A model generated the notes under the pieces. That model was not told the DNA's origin and made no database searches. It saw only the letters and a list, made by a program, of their open reading frames with translations. DNA of 61,775 nucleotides, counting the filler, from Sphacelaria rigidula (lineage: Eukaryota), in NCBI GenBank assembly GCA_964200075.2. It is 10 parts of 10 records of this genome, joined end to end, with 100 filler letters (N's around TTAATTAATTAA, not from the genome) between each part and the next. Parts side by side here need not be neighbours in the genome. Positions count along the whole stretch, not along the records: positions 1 to 6,088 come from CAXNAA020022318.1; positions 6,189 to 12,276 come from CAXNAA020022319.1; positions 12,377 to 18,464 come from CAXNAA020022320.1; 7 more parts are not named here. The stretch is one strand, 5' to 3'. Below, one piece after another: positions 1-12,870 of this stretch. The position numbers were made by a program, and so were the translations under genes. Positions within the stretch are counted from its first letter, which is position 1. Each line of letters starts with the position of its first letter.

Positions 1-1032
1 CTTGCGCTTGACATCGACCATCCCCGCTCGGGCGTGTGTGGCGCAGAACTCCGCCTTCCTGCTACTGGCTGCACCGAACGATGGGTGTTTGGAGCAGCCC
101 TCCTCGCCGCACCGCTTGCTTACCACGTCGACCATCTCCGCTCGGGCGTGTGCGGCGCAGAACTCCGCCTTCCTGCTACTGGCTGCACCGAACAATGATC
201 TTCTAGAGCAGCCCTCCTCGCCGCACCGCTTGCTTACCACGTCGACCATCTCCGCTCGGGCGTGTGCGGCGCAGAACTCCGCCTTCCTGCTACTGGCTGC
301 ACCGAACGATGGTTTTTTGGAGCAGCCCTCCTCGCCGCACGCCTTGTACTTCACGTTGACCATGCCCGCTCGGGCGTGTGCGGCGCAGAACTCCGCCTTC
401 CTGCCACACGCTGCACCGAACGATGAGGTTTTCGAGCAGTCCTCCTCGCCGCACCGCTTGCGTACCACGTCGACCATCCCCGCTCGGGCGTGTGCGGCGC
501 AGAACACCGCCTTCCTGCTACTGGCTGCACCGAATGATGGTTTTTTGGAGCAGCCCTCCTCGCCGCACGGCTCGTGCTTCACGTTGACCATGACCGCTCG
601 GGCGTGTGCGGCGCAGAACACCGGCTTCCCGCTACTGGCTGCACCGAACGATGGTTTTCTGGAGCAGCCCTCCTCGCCGCACGGCTTGTGCTTCACGTTG
701 ACCATGCCCGCTCGGGCGTGTGCGGCGCAGAACTCCGCCTTCCTGCCACGCGCTGCACCGAACGATGAGGTTTTCGAGCAGTCCTCCTCGCTGCACCGCT
801 TCCTTTTCACATTGACCATACCCGCTTGGGCGTGAGCGGCGCAGAACTCCGGCTTCCTGCCACGTGCTGCACCGAACGATGGTATCGTGGAGCAGCCCTC
901 CTTGCCGCATCGCTTGTTTTTCACGTCCATGTCCGCCCGCGCATGTGTGGCACTGAACTCTCCCAAATAGCCATTCGCTGCGGCGTATGATGCTTTTGTC
1001 GTGGAACTCGTGCGAGTGCAGACTATAGTCAT
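1..1032 (-). CDS. EsV-1-7 cysteine-rich repeat protein, 3'-partial (runs off contig end)
   Basis: Open minus-strand frame from ATG at 1032 to position 1: MTIVC...then eight 38-aa (114-bp) units like GMVDVVSKRCGEEGCSKHPSFGAASSRKAEFCATHARA (C-x4-C...FC-x2-H), matching the EsV-1-7 motif of brown algae and phaeoviruses. Missing from the ORF track because there is no stop inside the window. Confidence 0.9.
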   Translation of the reverse strand, partial: MTIVCTRTSSTTKASYAAANGYLGEFSATHARADMDVKNKRCGKEGCSTIPSFGAARGRKPEFCAAHAQAGMVNVKRKRCSEEDCSKTSSFGAARGRKAEFCAAHARAGMVNVKHKPCGEEGCSRKPSFGAASSGKPVFCAAHARAVMVNVKHEPCGEEGCSKKPSFGAASSRKAVFCAAHARAGMVDVVRKRCGEEDCSKTSSFGAACGRKAEFCAAHARAGMVNVKYKACGEEGCSKKPSFGAASSRKAEFCAAHARAEMVDVVSKRCGEEGCSRRSLFGAASSRKAEFCAAHARAEMVDVVSKRCGEEGCSKHPSFGAASSRKAEFCATHARAGMVDVKRK

Positions 1033-4000
1033 CTCCCCGACTGCACTAAAAACGGAGCCAAGGCAGCCATAGTTCCGTCGCTGCTGCTGTCATCCGCACC
1101 GTCATTCACCTGTTCACGAAGCCCAGCGCACCAATCCAGCAGCAGTCTGCATGAACCAACCAGTGAAGATTATCTTAGGTCGTGCACAGTCAAAAAGTAG
1201 TTAAGCCGTCATCACTATATCAGGCGGGTGACGATGTACAGGTGGACAGCACACGCGAAATCATCACGTCTGTACCGTACGATAATGAGCTTACGAGATG
1301 AGCGTCACCAGCCTTGGGGAACGGATTCACGCGGGGCCAATCTTGATAAAAGGCTGTAGAAACAAGCAAACATTGATGTCACGCGAAAACCGGCGAAACG
1401 AATGCCATATATACGTATATATACATATATATGCATACATAGAAATGGAGACGCCACAAACATTTTGCTGGTGGGTCAAGCGAGGCTTAGACTTGCGGTT
1501 TCAGCAGAGAACACAAATCGAGCAAGAATGTTTTCGCCCGATATTCTTCAGCGGAACAGTGCACTTCTCCGGAGTTTACGCACAAATATGCGACTCCAGC
1601 ACCGTGCCATACTGCGGAAACGCGAAATCATAGATTCCGTTTACAATGAGAAACGCCGTATCGTGAATTTCTGGCACCGTGTGGTGCTGTATGTTAGTTT
1701 GGATTGTGTGTACCAAGCCATACCGCACCGTGAAAAACACATATCATACATTGCAGATGCCGTATACCCTATGCTCCACCATAAACTCACCGTATGCAAT
1801 CGTGTTACGTGTGGCTCTATAGCGGGTATGGCACCTCAAGCTGCTGCTCGATTCCTGAGAATAGTCATCATATGTTTTCTTCAATATCTCTCTTGTTAAG
1901 ACCGCTTCCTGTGATTCGACGACTCTCCAAAAGGTCGGGCAGAGACAATTTTTCGACAACAGTTCCCGAAAATGCTCATGGCACTTCTGAAAAAAGTCTG
2001 GCACGTTTCGCACAGATACGGGTACGCCCTCCCGCCGTGGTACTCGTTACACTCGCCATCTTTTACTTGGTGTGCTAAACAGCGGCCGCTATACTGTTCG
2101 TTATCTGCAGCTATGTGCTGTATACTGTAGTGTCCCACCTATATGGCTGCATTGCACGTATCGTGCAGGATTTTGCTGCCGCTTGTGGATGCATCGCACG
2201 TACTGCGCAGCTATGTGCTAACATGTGGGTACTCCACGTGCAGTTACACAGCGTCACTGGCGACACTGTGATGTTGCTGCATCGTACACTGCGCTGCTGT
2301 CAGTACCCTACGCTTGCAGCTGTGCTTCATTTATGTACTGTTAGATCTAGACAGCTAGTTGTACCATGCTTGATGGAAGCGCTCTAATGATCCCCCATTC
2401 GGTCCCTTTACAGTAACAGGGGCGTGGAAAGCATCTATCTGGGGTGAACTTCATATCCCGGGCAAAGTTTTGCCCTCAAGGGGTCTCAAAAGAAAGGATT
2501 TGAGGAACATCATATGGGAAAATTCACCACGACAGTTTCGAGGAAGTTCTTCTTCGCAAGGAGTGGCTCTGAACTGCTGTTCCTACTCTAGTCACGTTAC
2601 CACGGGTCGACGACAAACTAGAGCCACTATTGCATGATAAAGAAAACAAAGGGGCAAGGAAAACTGCCGACGTGCACGAGGAAGTAGCTGGCGAACTAGT
2701 GGAGCTTTTGGTTCCGAGCTGGTCGATCACAAGAACTCTTGCCCGCTTTTGAGGAAGCCGACTCATTCCCTGTTTTTAATATGCGCATTGTGGTTCAGTG
2801 GAATGACCGTACGATACTATAGAAAACGGTTATATGTGGTGATGGGATGACAGATTTATTGTGGTGTTTGGTGTGGAGTGGTCAGCTGGGCAACCTTGAT
2901 GTTTCAAACATTTCCTTCGCCATTTCTTGTATTGGTTAGTATTTCGCCGTTTCCCGTCCTCCAACGAAGACCACGATCGGTTTTGTCGGTACGGTGTGGG
3001 AAGGGTTGTTTCGGCGGGTGTGGGGCCGCACTCACCCTCGAGGAGTGATTTCCTTTTCGCCACTACCCCTGGCCAAGGCCATGGCGTGGCGATGGCGTCG
3101 GATCAGCGCGGTGTCATCAGGCACACCCGCCCACGTCACAATACAGCAGTAATCACAACTCAACATCCTGAGTGTGGGCATGGTGGGTTTCGTTGTGTGC
3201 GCCGAGGCAGATGACACTGCTGCCGAAAGCTAGCACGGACACATTTGATACAACGGAGCGTGAGCCGGTGTGTAGGCTGATTTCGGGGACAAGGATGGAG
3301 GAGAAGCGGTCGACGGACGGGTTAGATCTGGTTGAGCCTCCTAAACGAGACACTTGGAGACCAGAATCGGAGTGCATTACGCAGGAGGAAGTGTTTCATC
3401 ACGACAGGAAGCAGAGACGGCACTGACGACGAACGACGACGAGAAGTGGCGAAGATGGGAGGTTGCGTTGGCCACGATCGCTGGTGAGAACAGACGGCAG
3501 CATCAGGATGTAAACCTCGAATAGGACGTTGCAGCGGAGAAAAGCAGAGCAGAGCAGCTAATTTGGTTGAAGGCGAAATATTATTTTTCTGTCGAGTTTT
3601 GATACGGCTTTTTTTATGCGGATACTACATACATATGATATCCCATGTTTTCATGGTGGAATATAGGACACTCTGAACAGATCCTGCTTGGTGGTGATAC
3701 TGCTATGTCGTGTGTAGGCCAGATACGCCTGGTCCGTCGTGTTTTGATGACGCTACTTGACCACAACCCAAGGGATATCATAGTTCACCGCTTCCCCTGC
3801 TCGCTGTCATCGGTTCGTCGCCCGTTCTTCTTGTCTTTTTGGATCTTCTGTGGAGGACCTCTTTGAACAGCAGTCCACGAGCTGGGCCAGCAGTAAATCC
3901 CGCATTTGCATGTCACACCAAAACTTATCAAATTTACCAAATCAGCCCGACTTCAGCAGGACAGCACTGAGTTGAGGACGAAAAAAACGAAAAGCAGGGG

Positions 4001-5320
4001 ATGTTATCGTACATGACTATACGGAACGGTAAAACAACGGGCGCCTGAACGACGGGGCCTCTGCGCCTTCGCACTATCGCCAAGTCGATGGCCGCAAACC
4101 TACAGATGGTGGTAGAATCCTCTTCCGCGATAACTCGCAAAATTCTAGGATTTGACCCATGCTGTGAGAGGACAGAGCGGAAATTGATTAAATATTTGCG
4201 TGACGCCCGAAGACTCACAAACCCAAACACAATGCATGAGGCACAAACGACTCCAAATCTTGGGGATAGGACTTGTGCATGTGCTGGAATCGCCTACATA
4301 TAGAACAACGTTTTCGTGAGATTGAGAATAGAGCGCTGATTGAGAGTGGCTTTGATCATTCGCTTCAACTCAGCCATTTTTTTATTCCTTGTGTGCTTTT
4401 CTCTGCCTCCATCACTTGCGTGTGCTTACAGCTGCACGTCGATATCCTCCTCAGGGATATCAAGGGCCTCAGTAGCCAGCAATTAGAGAAAGCATATTGA
4501 GCCCCGTGAAGGGGCCCGTGAAGGGGCACTTCGGAACCGAAACGATTCATTCACTTATTGACCGCTTTCCACTCTCGATCGTATCCCCTACTCTAAATCT
4601 CACGAAAACATTGTTATAGGTTGTGTATGACCTACGTACTATGGGGCAACAAGCAAGCGTCAGTTACTGCAAATACCGACAACATATGGTGCGACATGAA
4701 GCGGAAACCTCGCATTCCCATCGACATCTTACGCACGCAGGGTAATGAGGGAAAAGGAGAGGTCGTTGCGTGACAAATATCAGAAGAAACGAACGTATAT
4801 CGCTCTGGCTTGTGGGCGCTCGCGGCCTCTTCTTCATCACATATCTCCCTTCTTCGCTGAATCGTCATTTTTCTGCGTCGAACTCAGGTCACTTTTGGCT
4901 TGGTACGTCCGTCTTAGGCGCGGACAGGAATTAAAGTGTAGGACGTCCCAAATAGAATTTTGTAATCGCCTAATTGAATTAAATTGCAGTCACATTTGAG
5001 TCATCATTTGTTTGAGATGACTAATGTTGAACAGGAGCTGCAAAAATCAATGCTTAAAATGCCTTCGCTGGCGATGCCGAACATCGAAGCGACGGCCAGC
5101 AAATAAGCTGAGAGATTGGTAGTCCGATGCACTAGTCCACGTCCGAAACGGAGGCCTGAACAGCCACTTACTTCCTTCTTTGAGAGCAGGAACTACAGTT
5201 GCCAGGCGACTGCACGACCAGAGTACTGTACCGTAGTACTGTGAGCATCCGTATAGTTTCGTGTTGATGGGTTGCGTTCATGAATCTGCTGCCGAATTGA
5301 CTGCCTTGGGTGCCGATGGC

Positions 5321-5567
5321 GGGGGGGTGTACTCATGATCATGCATGTCATAGTCATAAGACCATTGATCTCGCATCCCTACAAAGTCNNNNNNNNNNAA
5401 AGTCGGCACGGATCACGCCGGGTTTTCGCCGGACCAGGCTTGCACTCAATCACGAAGCGCGAAGCGCCGTGGTGCGTTCCGCGAGTCGCATGGAGGGTGA
5501 GCTGCATCCTGTTGAGATTGTTTGGCCCGAAGCCTACCGGTTATCTTGCATTTCGATGACAGCCTAC
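5321..5567 (-). mobile_element. LINE-tail repeat (oligo-C-tailed 3' end), interrupted at 5568
   Basis: Plus strand reads GGGGGGGTGTACTCATGATCATGC...CGCATCCCTACAAAG; matches copies at 24042, 49226 and 61328. Contains a 10-N gap. Confidence 0.75.
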
Positions 5568-6088
5568 GAGCTGGGCCAGCCTAAAAACGGATTTAAGTTC
5601 TCAAAGCGATATTTCAACGACACAGACGAGTCGGGCCGTGATCCGCATATCGTATTCATCGTCTACTCAAGGAGAAGGTGCCCATCTGCTAATTTTTTTC
5701 TTGTTGAATGAACCCCATGTCTAGTAATTCCTATACCTAGCGGAGATAGCGTCCACACTCAAATCTACAGGAAACCCCGAACAACCGATTGAGCGGGTGA
5801 TGACGATTTTTGGGTGTGGATCTTTCCTGAAGAACGGGGAGACGATGGATACCCACACCTTCACCTGATTCGTCATCCATCTCGAAATATGGCGCACATG
5901 AAGTTCCATACTAAAATCAGTATATTACGAGCAGAGGCACTACATGACCTAAATCTAGATATCGCGTCTCAGTTTTTTAGAGTTATGCTGTAAAATTCGG
6001 GATGGAGAACCGCTAGTGCACAATGAAATAAGGGCAATGGCCTAGAAAAGGTATACCTTCTCGTTCTCTGCCTAAGAAAGGTACGAAA

Positions 6089-6188
6089 NNNNNNNNNNNN
6101 NNNNNNNNNNNNNNNNNNNNNNNNNNNNNNNNTTAATTAATTAANNNNNNNNNNNNNNNNNNNNNNNNNNNNNNNNNNNNNNNNNNNN
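6089..6188. other. Artificial contig spacer (N44-TTAATTAATTAA-N44); same at 12277-12376, 18465-18564, 24653-24752, 30841-30940, 37028-37127, 43215-43314, 49402-49501, 55589-55688
   Basis: Nine identical 100-bp spacers with a six-frame stop linker separate contigs of 6088 or 6087 bp. Confidence 0.99.
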
Positions 6189-6241
6189 GATGCGAAGTCA
6201 ATGATCTTATGACTATGGCATGCACGATCATGAGTACACCC
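6189..6241 (+). mobile_element. LINE-tail repeat fragment (extreme 3' end)
   Basis: GATGCGAAGTCAATGATCTTATGACTATGGCATGCACGATCATGAGTACACCC is the reverse complement of the 5321-type terminus. Confidence 0.7.
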
Positions 6242-7797
6242 TTGACGAGCGCATTTCGTTTTTTCGCGAGACCCTTCTGGAGGTAACCTCTATCGCCGAC
6301 TAGCGGTGAGACCTCCACCTCTTCTTCTTCGTTCACAGTCGCCAGTCTTCCTGCATGTGAAATCCCACCACAACAACCACGTCGATATTTCCAATTTCGG
6401 AGCTTCGCCCTACACTCCACTGTTCTGAAGTTCTACCGCATTACCCGTCAGTTTAACGCCGCCTGACTGTAGCGGGTACATTTGTTTTTCGATGCACACA
6501 AGGTCCTTGGGAGAGATGGCTTAATCCCGTGAGACCGCCGACTCGCCCCGAAGAAGGGGAGATGTTTGAGGTGCAAAGAAACAACAGAAGAGTCAGGCTC
6601 AAACTTGAAATTCTTCTGACTCCGGGGCGGTAGATTTTAGCAGCGGCGTCATTGTGAACAGACGCCTGTGGTGATCCTCATCTCAACTAGAGATTGAACT
6701 CACATGCGGGAAACGGCGGACAAGTAGCTCGTGGAGGATTGCGGGGTGGGTATCATTGTCTCGGTGGATCATTCGAATATTCAAACCTTGGTGGTGGACT
6801 GTGCGGCCATACCCGGGGAATGTTGTGGAGACTTTGCTGTACAGCGCGTTCCGCACATGCCGGAGATCTGCGCGTCGACCATAACGCATATTACGAATAA
6901 AGCGTTGAAGCAACTTTGGCAGACTTCGCGGAATTGGGGGTTTTGACCGTCCGGTTCATAGAGTGTGCGCCCACGGCCTAGACATATTCTTCACAAGCGA
7001 TTTGCGTGGTCGGCTAGGGGGTACGCAACGTGAATCAGTCGCTTCCATATTGCACACGACAGGTCTTTGCTATCTGTTGGACATACAACAAAGTTAAAAT
7101 CGTATATACCCTACAACGGGCATGTCTTAAGAGGCCTGCCATCTCTATCACTGAAAAGGTAGTGGGTGAGAAAATGTATATATTGCTTTTTTGCAACTTT
7201 TTGAGACACAGCACCACAAAACGGACCACAGTCTTTGTCGATTCACAAAAGGGAACAGGAAACGACGTGCCTTCCCCGGTTCGTTTATAGCGGTACGAAC
7301 TTTTTAGTGAGCCGAGAAGCTCGTGTTTCGGGTGAAGAGCGATACGGTCCGAATTATCGCCGATACCCGAACCCGTCAAGAGTCAACCTCCTCCTCAGTC
7401 TTTGGCGGCAGGCAATACCACTTCCCCGCTCCCCCGGCTTGCTCATACTGCGCCCTTCCGTATCCGACAAGGACATGCACAATCAAAACATGCCGTGGCA
7501 GATCCCGCAGGACTTGAAAGCAAGCTGCACGAAAAAATCCAAGTAGACGAGCAGTTTATGCCGCGCATCAAGTTTGTGTTCGGCGCATTTTTCAGTCGAA
7601 GGCAAAATGCGCAGGCTCAGCTCCTCTGGTCAGCCCGCAGCGCCTGAAAGCTCCCCGCTGATGTCCATCATTCACTCTCCGATAAAACGGGACCGCGTTG
7701 TCAAACATCAGCAATCCTTTCGAGAACATGAACGGGTCACTGCAAACCGATGCAAGCATGGCACACATCTCAGCATTAAGACTCAAACAATCAGTAG

Positions 7798-8121
7798 AGT
7801 TTACCATTTGGGATGGTGAGAAATTTCTCAGATGGTTCGACTTGATTTTAGTGTAAACAGCGAAAATCCGGATCTTTAATGGGGCTATGCTCCAAGCCTG
7901 CTCCTAGCTTGCGCAGAACGCGTTTTGGTCGAAATCGGCGCCTGGGGCGCCGATATGAGGTCTGGCAACGCACCCTTTGCCTATGAAACACTCTCCACTC
8001 CCTCGCCCGAGGGTTCTCGGTGTGCCTTCGTTGGGGTTAGGGTTAGGGTCAGTGTTGGTGTTATAGTTTGTTCGAAGTGATAAGTTTCTGCGAAAATTCT
8101 CACCATCCCAAGTGGTAAACT
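7798..8121. mobile_element. Putative MITE with 33-bp terminal inverted repeats
   Basis: AGTTTACCATTTGGGATGGTGAGAAATTTCTCA (7798-7830) pairs with 8089-8121; internal GGGTTAGGGTTAGGG at about 8034-8048. Confidence 0.6.
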
Positions 8122-10950
8122 GACCTCCAGACAATTTGTCCCGCTGCTTGAATTTTTTTTTCCTGGCTGTCCCTCGGCTACAAAAGCACACATCACATCC
8201 TAGAACGTCTCAACGTAATATAACCCGACGAGCCTTGAAACAGCGGCGGCTTTCCGCATCACGGGACAGACATGTCGTGCAACGAATGAAGAAACACAAA
8301 AGAGAGTCGACAAAACCTTATGGCTCAAATTTGAATAACGATCACTCGCAGTCGCCGATTTTGATGCACACGCATAGTATCCCAGGAACAGACTGGTATC
8401 GCTGCCACCCAACCTGGCACAGCGAACGCAGACCGTAACCATAAATCCCATGGCCATCCGGGCGTACGGAGGCCAGCCCTCCTAGCGGAGTTCGCTCTTG
8501 ATGGTGCAAGTTCACAAACCCGTAGATTCCGAACTATTTTTTGTGCTATCAGCGAATGGCTGCGAGCAGCGCGCTGCGAAACCACCCCAACCCCACCGAG
8601 TTTGACGTGAAACATTCGGCGAGCCGTGTGTATAAGTAGTGCACTTGCGCGCACCACTCCCCTGGTCCCAGTGAGGCTCACACGGCAATACCATGCGACA
8701 TGGTGAGCAGACCCCGCTAGATGCCATGATCAGAGTAGTTCTTGACCATCAATACCCTCCACTTCAGAAATACCGTCGCCACGAACTACGTAAGTTTTGT
8801 GAAAGACGGTGTTCATTCACACGTCATTGCTCTGTTGCAGATTTGGAGTTCCTGGTCTTTTGGGGTCCCGAAATTACTGCCAATCCGTGGAGTTCATGCC
8901 GTGCGTAGGCGGTGCAAACAGAGCAAATGACGGACAAACGTAGATTCCAGTGCCTGACCAGTCCCGCTTTTTGTTGAGAAAGATCCTGGATGGCAAACAT
9001 CCTCCCATCTTCATTGGGCAACGTAATGCAATCCTTCTTGTTGGAGTTCCCATCGCCAAACGTTAGACCGGCCATGTAAAAAATCACCGGATGTGTGCTC
9101 GTCTTCTGTCCACAGGTACAAAGCATTCTTCCGGTATAGCCCAGACCGAGTGTCTCCTTTTTCTCCCGTGAAACCCGCTGCAGTACCATGCCTAGGAACT
9201 ACGGCCGTCTAGTGTCGGAGCTTTCGTTTTCGAGACCCCCTCAGTTTTATTTGCTCCTCCAACGATTGCACAAGCGGCTAAATGGTACCCTCAAACTAGG
9301 ATTCCAGACCGCGCCACGTTGGGAGAAATGTTGGCTTTGAGATTCCCGCAATTTGACAAAGTTATGCCAACTAAAATTGCAGAGATAATGACTTCACATT
9401 CAAAATCAGGCAACTATCGGCACTTTACTGGGCTCAAGAAGTTTCCAACACTCAGCTTCGGTGAAAAGGTCCTCCGCAGAAACCAAACTCATACCCAATC
9501 CTAAAAAACACAAGGTCGTGGGAAAATGTTGCGGGTCATCTACTACTATTATTATTATTATTATATCCATCACATTAGCTCGACCTCTCGAACCCGTGGT
9601 CACAGAGTGCAAGGAGCATACCACTACGACCTCCTTATTTTGGTTATGAAACCTCTCGCCATGAACCCAACGGAATCGAGGCACCAAACTGCTCTGGCAT
9701 ACAACGGCAGGAGATAACATATACGTGAAGAGAAAAAATGGGAGAAAAGAGAGAGAACAGAGAAGGAAACTACAAAAGAGGTGAAACCTAAAAGATTCAG
9801 AGCGGCAGAGCAGGTACAAACACACACCAGGGGCCACCGCAGACCTACTGACCAACGACGAAATCAACAGCTGATAGAGGCAAACAGGAGTCTGCGATTG
9901 GCGGTTCTCGACGCGGGCATCGTCCCGCTCAGAAGCTCTATTATCGTATCAATTGTCGATAATGCATTTGTTTCCCCCGACAGCCTACCCCTCTTTTTCA
10001 GTCTTGTACGGTATCCTTGCCTGAAGTCATGCGGGAGGGCCCGACCATCCTCTCTTTTGTTGTTTTTCGCCGCCCTGTTTAGTATATCTGCCTTCGCTTC
10101 CCCCCTTTTTCGAGCCCCCTTCGATGAGGGTTTCCTATTTCATTCACCTTGGGTACCTGCATTTTGCGACCATAGCCGGATTCCTAGGGGATGGGGGATC
10201 AGTTTCGGTGCGACCACCAACCAACCACATTAGTCTACATGTTCTCTTCGACATCTATAACCAAGGCGTCCGTCCCTGTCTAGCCCAAGTACTTGACGAA
10301 TTGACATAATAGTACGCTAGCGTGTTCGGTAATTAGTTTGTACTCGAGGTACGACATGATATCGGCGAGATACGATAGGATCCCGACCATTTTGGCTGAG
10401 CAGCGACGATCAACTGGTTGCGCAGCGTCCCTGCAGCACAACACAAGAAAAGAGATGGTGCAAAGTAGACAAAATTAACAGTACACAGGCAGTACCCACA
10501 CGGCTTGTTGACGTTCACCACGAAAGCTTCAGAGCTCGTTTACCCTGCATGCCTCCATAAAACAGCTGTCCTTCCGAGGTCTCCGGTACATGGTCTCCGT
10601 CAACCATCCGGCAAGACATTCTTGAACGGTGGGTATGTGCTAGCGTGTCGCAGTCCCGCGCCAACACGCTTCTTCAGGATCTCATCGTGTCCTATAGATC
10701 CAGCATCCCTACTGCTGTGAGAATTGCCGATCGGCAATTGTTCCCACATGTCGTACCTACATCCTAAGGTATACTACTCTTTTCATTCATACTGAAGTTG
10801 AATGCCTATTCTTCCCGTCCATAATCTCCCTTTTTCATTCCCTTTTGCGTTTATTCGACCGCTGGTAGACCTCATGGTGCGCGCATTGTGGACAGCAACG
10901 GTAAGGCTTTTTGCGGCACTGTGATCTGCTTGGGCGTGGTTTATACTTCA

Positions 10951-11058
10951 CCGGTGGGCAGTGGGGTGCCTGCAACCTCAATTTTTGGACGTTACAGACC
11001 TTGCACAAGGTCTGTAACGTCCAAAATTTGAGGTTGCAGGCACCCCACTGGCCACCCG
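10951..11058. repeat. Near-perfect 108-bp hairpin
   Basis: Arms of about 53 bp (…GACGTTACAGACCTTG / CAAGGTCTGTAACGTC…) with a 2-nt spacer. Confidence 0.85.
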
Positions 11059-12376
11059 TATTGTGACACGGTCGGCTGCGCCGTCTACCACAAGTTTCCA
11101 AAATTCCAAAATGTGCTCCATGTTTTTCTGTCCTTACTTCGTCTACTCAACGATCGCGACAAGTGGCGTACCCCGTCAGGCACGGTCTCAGCACGTTGTG
11201 TTCCATGAGAGATCATCAAGATTGAGGAACACGGTGATGACGATTGATTATACAAATTTGACTGCTCATATGGCGGTGCATCACAACGCCAGTTGCGTAG
11301 AGTGAGCCGCGTAGCCCTCCGCTGTCTTCTAGCCTTACTTTGCAATTTTCATATGGTGAATGCACCGGCTTGGATATGGAATTTGGGGGAGACATGAAGA
11401 GTACACGTGAAACTGCGGTCTTGCGGTATACATTCCAATGATGGTACAAGACACAGTCGGACAGTGAGTGTGACTTATCCTACCCGGACGGTGTGTGTGT
11501 GTGTAGGGTGTAGCTTCTCACTCGGTGAAAGGGTACGGAGTGTGCGGAGCCGTGACGTGGACTTGAACAGGATGGACTTTGCTAGCCGGTTTGGGTTGAG
11601 GTACAGAACTGACAGAGTGGGGGAGGCACCCTTGGGGATACCTCCCGAGACGGGAGAATGACGATCCCAGACTGGGGATTGGAGGATGACAGTCCCAGGG
11701 TGATAGACCCGGGAAGACGGTCTGGGTTGACCGACTCGGGGTCATTAGTAAGCGGGTCGGGTCATACAGAGGTCATAATTACAATAGGACATATAACATT
11801 CGACAGGTGCGGTGGAAACGTCAAGTATTGTCATAGTCGTAGCGTGGGCTGCTCTGCTGCAACGCAACTACATGCTACGACGCCTTCCAGTGCAACCGCT
11901 GCACCGAATATTTGCAGTGGCAGATCTGAGACGTTGGTTGGTACTGCTACGCCGTGAATGGTCGCGAGCATGACGTGAGTGACAAGTCTTGAGTTAATAA
12001 TCGGCTAGACCCGTAATTTCGAAATCCTGGCCTTGCAGCCAGCCGCGTCACGCCGTGCGTTCGCAGGCATGATTTATTCATTACGAACTAGAGATCATGC
12101 ACATTCGGGGCGTATTGGGCAAAGCTCCCAGTTCACTGAACACTTAGTTCAGTACATTTGATATATTGTGGGAAGGATGATGTGTATGGATGACTATTAT
12201 CAATCGCAGGGATGAACAACTGCCTGCAGCATCCCCGAGTGATAAAAATTAGCCTGGGTGCCTGCATATCCCTGCANNNNNNNNNNNNNNNNNNNNNNNN
12301 NNNNNNNNNNNNNNNNNNNNTTAATTAATTAANNNNNNNNNNNNNNNNNNNNNNNNNNNNNNNNNNNNNNNNNNNN

Positions 12377-12440
12377 AGGGATGCGTGATCAATGGTCAAA
12401 CGACTCAGGCAAGCAACAAATGTGTACGCCCCTCCCCCCT
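12377..12440 (+). mobile_element. LINE 3' end fragment
   Basis: AGGGATGCGTGATCAATGGTCAAACGACTCAGGCAAGCAACAAATG…CCCCTCCCCC is homologous to the terminus of the LINE at 59331-59400. Confidence 0.7.
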
Positions 12441-12741
12441 CGAGCCACGACTGCCAGCAGCATGATTGGGGGCACAAGCCGCCAGCAACTACTGCAAACA
12501 AACCGGTGTTAGCAGTGATTCCGTTGGCACACCTCTGCGCGAAAATACTGTCCTGTACTTCATGGTACAGCACAGCACGCTGGTTTTGTTGCCCTTACTT
12601 CGAGCTGGGACCCACGTCTGTACGTGACACCGGCTGTCGGTGACAGGGCTTGATGAAAGTAGGCATACATATGTTCTTGATACGCATGAACATTGTTTTT
12701 AAACGGCATTCCTGCACGCAGGTGTTACATCTATGACGCAC

Positions 12742-12870
12742 GACAGCGCAGCATTTCTCCGCCCGACGCACCAGGTGGTGGCATTTTATTCTTCCGTTTC
12801 CGTGTGGTCAACCGCATTTTTCGTTTTTATTCTGGAAACTTTCCCGTTTCTCTTCCGGGAATTTGCCCTT
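12742..12870 (+). repeat. Interspersed repeat shared with about 51840-51950
   Basis: Both begin ACAGCGCAGCATTTCTCCGC…ATTCTTCCGTTT…ACCGCAT. Confidence 0.6.

Noticed and set aside
2..835. 277-aa plus-strand repetitive ORF
   Set aside because: Antisense shadow of the EsV-1-7 gene; the minus frame carries the recognisable motif.
6133..6144. TTAATTAATTAA recurring about every 6.19 kb as a regular repeat or recombination site
   Set aside because: Embedded in N-runs; an artificial linker.
4200..6913. Weak hAT/MULE-like snippets (LCLMH near 4240; RRFPHV near 6705)
   Set aside because: The first needs an assumed frameshift, they lie on different contigs, and both are too short to support a call.
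8030..8050. Telomere
   Set aside because: Only two or three TTAGGG units, internal to a putative MITE.
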